From the NCBI GenBank assembly GCA_964016885.1, contig OZ024740.1:401016001-401080000 (forward strand): 64,000 nt of DNA. Direction: 5' to 3'. Position numbers and translations under genes: made by a program. The notes under the pieces are model-generated. The model worked only from the letters and a program-made list of their open reading frames with translations, was not told where the DNA came from and searched no databases. The DNA is from Eledone cirrhosa (taxonomy: Eukaryota). Positions 12,647 to 30,806 of this stretch are shown one piece after another; within the stretch, counting starts at the first letter, position 1, and every line of letters begins with the position of its first letter.

Positions 12647-12936
12647 GAATAATAAATAAGCAAGTTTGTTTTGAAGCAGCGAGCGTGTTTGAAAATAAAA
12701 ATAGAAGCTTTCGTCGTATTTTTGACTAAATATAATTTAGCCTGATAGTGGGGTTCTGAGTAATGTGTTGGTGTAATGGTAGCACAGTGGCTTGATAACC
12801 AAAGATGTGGGTTCGACTCCCATGTATGTCAATACTCATCCTTTTCCATTTGTTAGAGGGTTCTAAACCCCACTATCAGGCTAACATTTCTTTAGTCAAA
12901 AATACGGCGAAAAGCTTCTACTTCTATTTTAATAAT

Positions 12937-12943
<7 letters not shown>
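12647..12943. mobile_element. Fold-back element family E with internal tRNA-like segment
   Basis: Inverted arms ~12700-12755 and ~12866-12925; extra tail on the left; right end runs into (TA)n. Confidence 0.6.
12762..12832 (+). pseudogene. tRNA-like sequence (SINE head or tRNA pseudogene)
   Basis: A-box TGGTGTAATGGT with D stem GTGT/GCAC; T arm GTGGG-TTCGACT-CCCAT; acceptor and anticodon arms degraded. Confidence 0.65.
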
Positions 12944-12968
<25 letters not shown>

Positions 12969-13378
12969 TACATACATACACATATATATATGTGTGTATA
13001 TATAGAGAGAGAGAAAGAGATGTATGTATGTGTATATATATGCATACATATTACTTTGCCTCCCCTCTCGATCTTTTAGGGTAATTATCAACAAAATGTG
13101 GGAATATACAAACAGCTTCACTAATCTCTCTAACTCCCAGTTTTTCTCATGCTTAGATAGTGAATATATCATTTAGTAAGCCAACTGTTGAACAATAAGA
13201 CATCACCTTAAATAAACAATAATTGTCACACTGTAAAAGTGACTTGAAAATTAGCTAATGTTAGTTTTACTTGCATTAGATTATTCGTGTATTTCATACG
13301 TCTCTGTTACCACATTGTCTCTCTCCATTTTACACAGAACACATACACACACATATATAAACATACACACGTACATTA

Positions 13379-13436
<58 letters not shown>

Positions 13437-13448
13437 TTATATATATAT

Positions 13449-13505
<57 letters not shown>

Positions 13506-13513
13506 TATACATA

Positions 13514-13596
<83 letters not shown>

Positions 13597-13874
13597 GTAC
13601 GTGTGTGTCTATATATGTATATATGTATGTATATAATACATGATTTCTAGATTAGTGCAATAAACTTAGTATGTACTGAATAATATAATTATATGATGTT
13701 TATAGAGTCAATATAATATCTATTATATTAAGCGGTTTCGTATTTTGTGTATAATATCGGTGGCGTTGGAGAGGGGATTGTAAGACAGAGATAGGGATAG
13801 AGAGAGCGAAAGAGAGACGCAGAGAAAGAGAAACTGAGATATATAGAGAGTGATATGTTAGTTTTATTGGTATT

Positions 13875-14110
13875 GGCAATGTATCGGCCGCTCTCTGATA
13901 GGTTTTTGATAGAGCCTGTAGCATCCGAGACATCCGGCGTCTTTGGATCCCGACCACAATATAGCTCATTGCTATCAAAGTGGTGTTGGCCGCACGCAGG
14001 CGAGAACCCTGCGAGATGGATGGCTGTTCCAGCGCATCTCCCTCGTCATCCTTCGGGGCAATGCATTCTCCATACTCTCTGCCAGGACCAAGAGTCAGAG
14101 GGTAAGTTAG
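13875..14110 (+). mobile_element. CRE-like non-LTR retrotransposon 3' fragment (restriction-like endonuclease end)
   Basis: YRPLSDRFLIEPVASETSGVFG, then after a frameshift WLFQRISLVILRGNAFSIL, resembling the ET.G.FG ... QRISIAIQRGNA motif. Confidence 0.6.
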
Positions 14111-14399
14111 TTGGAGGTGGAGGCTCTTGTTCGGACGTAACACATATGCACACATACTCAAAATATATAAAAAGGTTTTACATATCACACGATTATATTG
14201 CTTGTGCATTAATATATAACTCATGAATAAAATATCTAAAATGTCATATTGATATTAAATACGTGGTTGATGCTTCTTGTCACACAATGAAATTTCCATG
14301 GAGACAGCTTGTTGGTTATTAATAATGATTGTTTACCTCAGTTCCACAGCGAAACCTCAACGTAAATAGTCACTAAGAAATATTAAATATTTGGGACTA

Positions 14400-15240
14400 A
14401 TATACTGCAATCCCTCTGACCTGAAATAGGTTAGACGGATTGCAGTTTATGTTGTCACAAGTCTGCTTCATATGTGTCTTGGCTCCTCGTCCTCTACTAA
14501 CTTTTCATTGTGTAGACTCAAACAAAAGAACTCCACTAACAATTTCGTCTTTAGCTCTCCATCAATCCCTACTACTCTTACTCTACGCACTTTGATGATA
14601 GTTGATACTTGACGAAGGTTCCAATACATTCGTTCAACGTTCAGACGATCTCGCCAAGCTACATTCAAAGTCACTCTTAGCATGCGAGTGTAGGCTCCAT
14701 CTAATCGTCTCTCATGTTTTGAGATAAGGGTTCATGCTGAGTATCTATACAGTTGAACAGATGTAGTGGCGTGAATGAGCCTCCTTTTCATGTTGTATTT
14801 AAGTCGAGATTTCTACTTATACTAGATAAATTGCCGATGGCAGCCTAAACCTTATCAATGCGTGTGTTAACATCGCTTTTGCAGCTTTTACTAAGGAAAT
14901 GCTAGTAACGAAATTAATAAATTATTCTACACATTTGAGAGATGTGCCGAAAAGGATTTAAATTTTTCCATTTTGATTTGATTATTTGTATTCTATTTTG
15001 ACCGTGCTAACATGGAGAGGGTTGTTTTTGGTTGAACGTTCATGACTATGGAGAAGAGTGTTTGTTTGGCTTATTAGATCGGAGTGTAGCATTAAATCAT
15101 CAAGGTAACATGCATCCTTGATTTTTTTAGCAGGATATCTTTCATGGGTATAGTATGAATCCATTGTCTTGAATGGTATCGACATAAGTTCTAAGAACGT
15201 AATCTAAGCAAATGATGAAGATATAGGGTGCTAAAGTTTC
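14400..15240 (-). mobile_element. Decayed RTE-clade RT remnant
   Basis: Fragments YLDDLML and YTRMLRVTLNVAW, homologous to the C-terminal half of the 4234-7368 protein; many stops. Confidence 0.7.
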
Positions 15241-15937
15241 AATCCCAACTTAAGAAAATTGACTGTGTTCAAAAAGATATATATTTTGTTGCAACTTCAT
15301 CATATATATTAATTTGTTTGTTCATAATACTACTTACATGTAAAAAGCTTGACGTGACGGTCTGATTGATTCACTTTGGATGCCGCGGTATATCCGCCAT
15401 TTATCAACGCTAACATAAAATATATGTAAGTAACAAATAGTGCTACGCAAACAGAAATAGTGATGCCACATGGACACTCAGAAACCTTTGAGTGTGTTTA
15501 ACAACGACACAGCCTTCGCCATTAAATGGAGTATATAAGAACCCCCCTATGATAATGGGACAACATTTTTCCGGCTGTGTGGAATATACACTCAGAAATG
15601 GGTTCAGAGAAACACTGTTCAAATATACGCCTCGACTGCTAAACGATGCTAAATTCATTCCGAAAAATATTATAGACGGAAATTAACTGAAATTATTTTC
15701 TTCGACTTCCTAACTTTGCAGAACTCAAGTTGCTCCCCTTTTTAGTTTTTTTTATAGTCTATTTATAGCTAAATTCGAAATTACCTGCCTTTGAAGTGCT
15801 CTCCTATATTTTCTAAAGACTTGAAACAAATATTTTGTGGAGGTAGCCATCTTTGTTTATATAACTGGCTGAATGACTTGGGGTGTATAACCTAACGAAA
15901 CTTAAGTACCTGTATATGTCACACTTGTAACTAATTA

Positions 15938-16021
<84 letters not shown>

Positions 16022-16283
16022 GTTTGCATATGTATATGTTCGTAAATATCTATTGTATATTTATGTATATACGTGTGTATGTATTACATCGGACCTTGAA
16101 GATATGTTATGCCAATAAAATGCTACTTATGTATGTGGGTGTTCAAGTTATATCCTAGATGAAATTAGCAATTAGATAGAATAAATGGCAGATATGTTTA
16201 TATAGAAGTAATGAGGGTAACATATATAAGTGTATTTGCGGGAGGAATGAGCGCGGTAGTTAAACGGTATATATAAATGTATA

Positions 16284-16522
<239 letters not shown>

Positions 16523-16850
16523 TGATGGAGGAAACGGTGTAGTAAGAAAAGAGCAGAAACGATAATATTTATAGAGATTTATAAAGGAAGATTCCTCAAT
16601 GGGGGGTGTATTTTCTGGTTACGTGACTGTTACTTTTCAACTGTCAGAAATTCTCGTCTGATTTCACACCTTAGTATCAGTATGGAATGTTTTGTAACAT
16701 AACATAATCCAACTAAGGCAGGTAACACACGCGTATTGAAGATATATATGCATATATACATACACTCTGGGAGTTACCGTTACACACAAAGAAATTCACA
16801 AAAAACACACATGGACACACACTTATCTAACTAACTATCTATATTTCTAT

Positions 16851-16924
<74 letters not shown>

Positions 16925-16941
16925 TTGTCTCTCTCTCTCTC

Positions 16942-16984
<43 letters not shown>

Positions 16985-19050
16985 GAAATTTCTATACATA
17001 TTTGTATAAAGCTATGCTTGAAGCGAAATACTATTTTTATATATATATATAAATATATTTATATATGTATATAAAATTCATTTTGTTTATATATATATGC
17101 GCATCCGGTGTGAAAAAAAATACACATTTATATACATTAACCCTCTGTGTGTGTATGTGTATCTTAATTTGTTTAAGGGTAATTATAACCATTATAATTG
17201 AACATAACCATTCATACTCGCGCACGCGCACACACTTACATGCACATGCAAAACACACACTCTCAATTACACTATGACCTACCTACACACAAAGTCATCT
17301 AATCACATACTGACATGTACACTCCCAAAATTAAAACACATGTGTTGACTTAGACGTAAACGCCTTTTTTCCTGTATGGAACTAAGCAATTTGCATTAAG
17401 TTATATGTACGTGATGTGTTTTTGGCCGACATCCGGTCCCATAAAATAGCAAATATACTCTTAATATCCCTTATGCATTAACTACTGCTACATAATAGGC
17501 AACTGTTATTTTAATTTATTCCCTTATTGAACAAATTAAACAAGTATGGCTTTCTTGTTTTCGCTACCCTTGATCTTTCAAGTCGCATTACGAATAGAAA
17601 TGAATTGAAAATTAAGGAGTTATATTAATTGGGTGTTGGGAAGTTATTGAAAATGAAGTTGTTTTTTATAGCTTTCTAAATGATGACTACACATTTCAAA
17701 TCTGCTTCTAAAATCTTGTTTTGTTCTAGTCTATATTAACGTATAATTACTAGAATTCAAATGAAATCATCTTATTAATATCTTCAAGTTTCAGTTTCGT
17801 AAAAACAAAATTAAAAAAATACAATAATTACGAAAACTTGAAAGCGTATCGTTAAAATGATTAAAAGGAGTACATTATATAATTTGGGTAATGTCATCTG
17901 TTGGTGAATAATTCAACATTTTGATCTGTCTGCAGTTAGTAAACAGTTCCTTGTTGTCCTTGTTTAGAATGAGGTACACCCGCATTGAGATGAACACCTT
18001 TGATAAATGATCTTCCAGTTGTGATAATCTTAAATTGGTTCATCAATATATTTTTTTCCTGCACACAAAAACATTTTACGTTTACAGGTTTAATTATCAG
18101 TAATAACTAAAGCAAGGAAATAATTAAAAATAATCTTATTTTTTCATATTCATTCAATGAATTACAATGTTTTCTTTTTCCTGTAGTTCTTAATGACTTT
18201 TAACATAGAAACAAGGACATTTTCCTTGGAGTCAACAATGAATTTCTTGACACTTGTGATTTACAAATATATTTTTTATCAACCATAGTAGAATGAAGGG
18301 AGAAGTCGGCTGCGGTGAATTAGAATATAAAGAGCTGTAACCTTATATTACATGACATTTTATTCCTTACCGTCCTGTAATTTATAATGAAAGTAGATAT
18401 TATTTATGGCTCAGCTAAAATATATACGGAAACTTGTGTCTTGAAAAAAACAAATCATTAACAAAAATATGTGAGGAGGATATAATTCTTGATATGCTCC
18501 AATGATTATGTATTTTCAGTATTTCCAGTATTACTTTTGCTTTTTGCTTTTTTGCAAATAGACAATAGGCTTTTTAAACAATTCTCTAAAGCTACATACA
18601 TTTCAATAGAATATGGTTTGCAAAAGAATTTGATGTATGTTCTATACATTATTGGTTCGAGAAGAGTTTGTTTTCTATTCAAAGAATAACGCACTGTACA
18701 CGTTTTATTTTATTGATAGGTAATTCTTTTAGGAGTGAAAAGATAAAACAGTAAGTCTACCATGGGGGATTTGAACAACTATTAATACATATCGTAAAAT
18801 ATTTTCATTAGTACTGTACCAATTCTGCAATTCCCATTAATGAGAAGCAACAATATCTTTACACATCATATCACACACAATATATGGAATAAATACAGCA
18901 AATTACTAAAACTACAAAAATATATATAATTTGGGAATATATATTTTTTTCTTTTTCTCCCTCCCCCTCCCCTCTCTCTCTCTCTCTATATATATGTGTG
19001 TGTGTGTCTGTGTGTGTGTGTATATGTGTGTGTTTATATATATATATATA

Positions 19051-19200
19051 AGGAAAATATTCAAGACCCCGACGACAGAGATCAAGCCGTTTCGACGGCT
19101 ACTTCTTGAACATTTTCCTTTTACTCACTCTACTACCCTAAGTATTGAGTACTCTGGTGCGTAATGGTCCATCTGGTTCCTTACCACACTTCCTTCGTTA
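19051..19200. mobile_element. Family D copy 2 (internally deleted fold-back)
   Basis: gaccccgacgacagagatcaagccgtttcgacggct arm followed by the family D tail in opposite orientation. Confidence 0.75.
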
Positions 19201-19221
19201 TATATATATATATATATTATT

Positions 19222-19410
19222 ATTGTTTCTACTTTTGGCACAAGGCCAGCAATTACCTAGTACATTACTGGTACTTTATTTTATCGACCCTGTAAGGATG
19301 AAAGGCAAAGTTAACCTCGGCGGGATTTGAACTCAGATGATAAAGCGACGTAACTCTATGCTTCAAAGCATGGCGTCCGACTCTCTACCGATACTGCCAA
19401 TCCACCGCCC
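19222..19410 (-). mobile_element. tRNA-derived SINE family 1, full length
   Basis: Minus strand GGCGGTGGATTGGCAGTATCGG...GAGTTCAAATCCC...GCCTTTCATCCTTAC.GGGTCGATAAAATAAAGTACCAG (Meta-domain-like core); more than 12 copies in the window. Confidence 0.85.
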
Positions 19411-19420
19411 TATATATATT

Positions 19421-19890
19421 ATAATGAAATGACAGGGGGCTCTATTTGTGTAAATCCTTGAAAGGTTTATTATACCATGATCATTTCGATGACCGAGTTC
19501 CGTATGAATCCGGTGGTATCATCAGGTATTCGAAATATAGTAAGTGAATGTAATAGATAAAATCCATGGGGCTGAAAATCAAAGACCCGAGGGCGACCGC
19601 CATCTAGCATCTTCTACCCCTGCCGGTCGCCCTCGAGTGACGTGGCTAAAGCTTACAGTGTGCTACTACCGGTCAAATAAAGGAAAATAGAAAGGGATAG
19701 GAACATAAGTTAGCGTTAATATCATGCCACAAGAAAAAATAAAGAAAGAAGAGAGAAGAAGGGGGATCTTCCTTCCCCCTTCTTCTCTCTTCTTTCTTTT
19801 TTTCTTTCTTTTTTCTTGTGGCATGATATTAACGCTAACTTATGTTCCTATCCCTTTCTATTTTCCTTTATTTGACCGGTAGTAGCACAC
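19421..19890. mobile_element. Fold-back element family G
   Basis: Inverted arms ~19658-19766 and ~19773-19890; HHR at 19472-19529; GC hairpin at ~19588-19636. Confidence 0.65.
19472..19529 (-). ncRNA. Type I hammerhead motif with long stem II (family G)
   Basis: atac-CTGATGA-taccaccggattcatacggaactcggtcatc-GAAA-tgatca-TG-gtat; palindromic stem III atgatcat; position 17 is G, so this copy is probably inactive. Confidence 0.6.
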
Positions 19891-20262
19891 GTAGTAGCTG
19901 CGGCGCTGCAAATGGGTTACATATGAAAAAGTTTGTCCTCATCAGTGGCCTTCCAACCGTCGTAGGCATTTCGTCGCATTAAAGGCCATATACCTCAGGT
20001 TGGTGCGAGCAACGGCTAAAAAAAGTCGTTGGGACACGTAAATAAGGGGGACGCTAGAGTAAACAAACAAAATGGTTTAAGCAACAGAAAGTGATGAAGA
20101 AGAAACAAGTCCCAGATTTCTATGAATATAAATTCGGTGGAATCGTGAACGAGAGAATAAAGACCATCAAACCTGGTTGAAATGTGAGTAAGGAAGGAAT
20201 TTCGCACAGGTCTAACGGGAGGAAGAAGGGGTCTGGTCTGCGAATTCGGTAAACATAAATCT
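19891..20262 (-). mobile_element. Structured non-coding element family F, copy 1
   Basis: Patchy end-to-end similarity to 25545-26130 with covarying stems; carries the rearranged HHR. Confidence 0.7.
19935..20006 (-). ncRNA. Candidate non-circularly permuted hammerhead (F1)
   Basis: ccaacc-tg-aggtaT-A-tggcctt-taatgcgac-GAAA-tgcct-acgac-ggttgg-aaggcca-CTGATGA-g. Confidence 0.65.
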
Positions 20263-20291
20263 ATATATATATATATGTATATATATTTAAA

Positions 20292-23845
<3,554 letters not shown>

Positions 23846-24336
23846 ATATATCTATATATATATATATATATATATTAGTAAAAAAAGAAAAGAAAATGCT
23901 GACAAATTTTTCAAAGTGAAAAATAGTTTAATTAGGAATAAGTATAAATTAGTAATAAGTATTGGTTAGTATTCAGTTTTAGTTTTAAGTTTTTACCGGT
24001 TGCGCATTTCTAATGCTTTTCAAAAATTATTTTAAGATAGAGCGCTCGTGGGCAAAAATCACGAGCGCTCTACCACAATAAATATAAACTAAACTTTTAA
24101 AAGAGGGTACCAATATCTATCGACCATTCAGTTTAATTCTGGTACTTATATCGTCAATCTTGAAAGGATGAAATGGAACGCGTACGCTGGAATATGGTGG
24201 GCTAACAATGTAAAGACTTCACGAAAACTACTGAAATAATAAGAAATTAAAAATACAGATATGAATTAACTTTTTTTATACATACTTTAATATACATTAT
24301 ATATACACACATATCCATACTAACACATATATACCT

Positions 24337-24378
<42 letters not shown>

Positions 24379-24379
<1 letters not shown>

Positions 24380-24450
24380 GAACTTTTATACTCTACTATG
24401 TATTGAGTACCTTACTTACTGTGGTTACCTCCGATTCAACCCGGAATAAC

Positions 24451-24451
<1 letters not shown>
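24379..24451 (+). mobile_element. Family I tail fragment
   Basis: Reverse complement of ~49072-49143; flanked by (TA)n. Confidence 0.7.
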
Positions 24452-24513
<62 letters not shown>

Positions 24514-24518
<5 letters not shown>

Positions 24519-24601
24519 GGTGTAGATATTACAATATAATGGGAGGAAACATAATAGCACCACTGATTGATGTTGCAGATGTGCAACGAAAGAACTTTGA
24601 T

Positions 24602-24647
<46 letters not shown>

Positions 24648-24735
24648 ATCAAAGTTCTTTAGTCACACATCTGCAACATCATCAGTGGTACTATTATGTT
24701 TCCTCCCATTGTATTGTAATATCTACGCCAATTAT
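24514..24735. mobile_element. Family J: two ~92-nt inverted copies separated by (TA)n, each with a degenerate HHR
   Basis: cca-CTGAT(T)GA-tgttgcagatgtgcaac-GAAA-gaac-TT-tga at 24560-24600 and its reverse complement at ~24645-24690. Confidence 0.55.
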
Positions 24736-24775
24736 ATATATATAAATACATATTAAAACTACAGATATAATAATA

Positions 24776-24929
<154 letters not shown>

Positions 24930-25040
24930 GGTGTAGATATTACAATATAATTGGCAACATGACCCTCCCAAAGTATAACAATATCGGTTTTAACACACGA
25001 TTTCAGATAAAGAATCTTGCTAAACAAATTCAGAAACGAA

Positions 25041-25101
<61 letters not shown>

Positions 25102-25302
25102 GTATATATATGTATATATATATATAATTATATCCGTATTTTTAACCGGTGGTCAAGCAATAATAAACGGTGATTGCCAAATAAATTAACTATGGTGATA
25201 CAAAAGATGCAGAAGCGAAAACCAACCCACACCAGACAGTGAGTGTGTTCTGTTATTATTTCTGGCAATATTATAACAATATGACCCTCCCCAAGTATAA
25301 CA

Positions 25303-25367
<65 letters not shown>

Positions 25368-25376
25368 CATGCACAC

Positions 25377-25449
<73 letters not shown>

Positions 25450-25544
25450 CATATATATATGTGTGTATAAAGTAAACAGAAATAACAACACAATCGGTAC
25501 AGTATATGGAAGGAATATATTAGATTAATATATATATATATATA

Positions 25545-26130
25545 TGAAAAAATGGGGAGAAGAATACTGCAGGTTGCACATGGATAACATGTTATAAAAT
25601 GAGTCCCTCATCAGTGATTTGCCAACGATCATAGATATTTCATTGCATTAAAAATCATATACCTCACGTTGGTGCAATAATAACTAAATTAAGTTATTAG
25701 GACAATTAAAACGCGTAAAGCGAGTGAGACAAGTAAACAACAAAGAGGAAAGCTAACCGTAGATAGGAAGGGAACAAGCTACATAGTTATTCTGTTAGCA
25801 TAAGCTGGGTGAATATATGAGCGCTTAGAAAAAAGACCTTTCGAGATGAATCCAAATGTAAGAAAGAAGGAAAATGTATTCGTCGCGAACGGGGTGAAGT
25901 GAGAAGGGGAGAAACAGTGAGTGAGTGAGTGGAAGTGTGAGGAAGAGTTAACTGACATGACAGAGGGGGCGAAAGAAAGTAGGAGAAACAGAGAGAACGA
26001 GGGAGCAGTAAGAGAGAGAGAGAGAAAAACAGAATCGCAGTTTAGGTAAATATATGTGAAAAAATGGGGAGAAGAATACTGCAGGTTGCACATGGATAAC
26101 ATGTTATAAAATGAGTCCCTCATCAGTGAT
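25545..26130 (-). mobile_element. Structured non-coding element family F, copy 2 (partial tandem, 512-nt unit)
   Basis: Identical 74-nt direct repeats 25545-25618 and 26057-26130; (TA)n on both sides; no credible ORF. Confidence 0.75.
25604..25675 (-). ncRNA. Candidate non-circularly permuted hammerhead (F2)
   Basis: ccaacg-tg-aggtaT-A-tgatttt-taatgcaat-GAAA-tatct-atgat-cgttgg-caaatca-CTGATGA-g. Confidence 0.65.
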
Positions 26131-26754
26131 ATATATATATATATATATATACACATACATATATATGTGTGTATATATATATATATATACACACATATTT
26201 GTGTGTGTACGTGTATGCCGGTGGGGTAGCGGTATACATATTACTTTTATTATAGTTGTTTAAATGCTACCTATTACTTAGTGAGATTCTAAGAATAATT
26301 CCCTACTGTGGCAGATGCAAAACAACTGTTTAATTAAACAACAGACATCCAATCATGTTACAGCCGTGTTGAGGATGTAGTAAATAATGTTTATCGCTTT
26401 TTCTTTTACCTGGCTTTCGTAATTTTACCAAAGAAATTTCAATTATTTTCCAATGTAAAACCAAGGAGAAAATAACACGAAAAGCTTATATATATTTAAA
26501 TTTAACGAAAAGGAAAACAAAACATAAGATAATAAAAAAAAACAACAGCATGTGCATCTTTTCTTTAAAATACCTATCACTGAGGGGCCAAATAACGTGT
26601 ATTTATATCGTTAAACTGTTTGAAATATGAATACTAAAAGCTTTTTCCTGGCTCAAATTCCCATGATGAGAGGTTTAAAAGAAAACAAATATAATGGAGC
26701 TATAACAAAAATATTTAAAAAATATCAAAAATAAAATGAATGATTATTTTTCCA

Positions 26755-27050
26755 GAATTTTCCTTCGAACTTTCTAACATTCTGCTGCTTTTTCCTGGAG
26801 CAAATCCTTTAATTATACACGAAAGATTTTGGGATGACGTGTACGACAGAGTTTTCTGAAAGCTTGTCTGATATGCAATTAGACAGATATATCTCTAAAA
26901 AATTCCTTTTCTTCCAAAGAGAGTTAGATGGTTTTAAATGATAAAATCATAAGAACCTGGAGCTGGTTTCAAGATGTTTCCAACATTTTAAAAGAGCGAG
27001 TTGATTAAAATTCAAAGGGTACATCTTAAACAATCGACGAGAGATCTAAG
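26755..27050 (+). mobile_element. Possible IS3EU-like DNA transposase N-terminal remnant
   Basis: Broken translation FSESLSDMQLDRYISK...EPGAGFKMF...IKIQRVHLKQS resembles the SD..LD...P..G..M...I..QR motif; recognised from memory only. Confidence 0.35.
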
Positions 27051-27215
27051 AAATATGAGTTGAGTATCATTGATGAGAAAAGGTGTTTAACGTTGATTTC
27101 AATGATAATAAGGTTTTCTGCAAGTTATGAATATGCATATATTCATACATAGTTACACACACACACACTCACACACGGGCATGCACATATTTATTTGTGT
27201 ATATATATAGGCATG

Positions 27216-27269
<54 letters not shown>

Positions 27270-27272
<3 letters not shown>

Positions 27273-27458
27273 ATTGTTTCTACTTTTGGCACAAGGCCAT
27301 CAATTACCCAGTACATTACTGGTACTTTATTTTATCGACCCCGTAAGGATGAAAGGCAAAGTTAACCCCGGCGGGATTTGAACTCAGACCGCAAAGGGAC
27401 GTAACTATGCTGGAAAGCATGGCGTTCGATCCTCTACCGATACTGCCAATCCACCGCT
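27270..27458 (-). mobile_element. SINE family 1 copy
   Basis: Near-identical to 19222-19410. Confidence 0.85.
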
Positions 27459-27472
27459 ATATATATATATAT

Positions 27473-27651
27473 AGTAATAATAATAAATTTGAAGACTAAA
27501 ATCCAAAGGGGTCTCGATAAGGATAAATATATATCAAATATATAAGAACCGTAGAGCAAATATTTATTAAAATAACAGATTAAAGTTTAAGCAAAGAATC
27601 GCTGCTTTCACCCTTAACGATTCTTTGCTTAAACTTTAATCTGTTATTTTA

Positions 27652-27658
<7 letters not shown>
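27473..27658. mobile_element. Fold-back element family K
   Basis: ~42-nt inverted arms (~27560-27601 and ~27617-27658) plus left tail, in (TA)n. Confidence 0.6.
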
Positions 27659-27704
<46 letters not shown>

Positions 27705-27723
27705 CACAAACATACAGACAGAC

Positions 27724-29934
<2,211 letters not shown>

Positions 29935-30740
29935 GTTGTAGAAGAAAAATAAAGGACCATCAAAAGGTATCCAATATGAGAGTTAGCGCTCAACAGTTAA
30001 GGAGCAAGTTAATGCAGGAGGTGAGTTTTATTGTAGTACAATAAAGCAATGCAGATATCGGATAAGTAGCACTCTACAATTTGTAGGACTGGAGTATAAA
30101 TAATAATATATAAGATCAAAAGATGGTTAAAAGAGTTCCATGTATTTTATTATGCGCATTTCAAAAACAAATATCCTTTCAAAAACAAATATCCTTCGTA
30201 AACAAACATTTTTTGACGTTAGATTATTCATCCTCAATTCATTATTTTTTCTCCCTTTCATGCTCATCTAACTTATACATATTACACTTATTCATCCACT
30301 CTTCTACTCCTTTCACAATATATCCTTAATTACATTACTATTGCTATACTTTTATATTTTTTTAATAATACATATCAACAATTTCTTTTCATCGCACATA
30401 TTATTACACCCTTAAATATACAAACCTTAATTTAACATTATTCTAAAATTTTTCTCTTCGTTAATTTTCAAATTCTTTTAATTTATATATTATCTTCCAA
30501 CGGCTTTTCAACCTCTCTATGTAAAACAATATATTTTTCTATGTTATAAAATCTATCTCTCTCTCTCTATCACCCATCTATCCTCCTATCTCATCCTTCC
30601 TCATTATACTCCTCCCCCTCCACTTTTTACTCTCATCTCCTCCTCTTTTTCATCCCCCCCCCCTCAAACAGTTTAGTGGAGTAAATATACAATATATTAA
30701 ATATATTAACAAATGGAAACTATATTTATAAAACCATATT

Positions 30741-30806
30741 TATTTTATTATACATATTTCAACGGCCAGCAAGGCAAATTATGATGCGCTTTCATCAGAT
30801 AAAATA
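30741..30806 (-). ncRNA. Type I hammerhead (family H pLTR)
   Basis: Reverse complement of 32264-32329 with a few stem II changes. Confidence 0.8.

Noticed and set aside
12762-12832. Functional tRNA gene
   Set aside because: Acceptor and anticodon stems do not pair properly
27595-27620. GAAA at the family K fold-back centre as an HHR 3' half
   Set aside because: No convincing stem III; left unassigned
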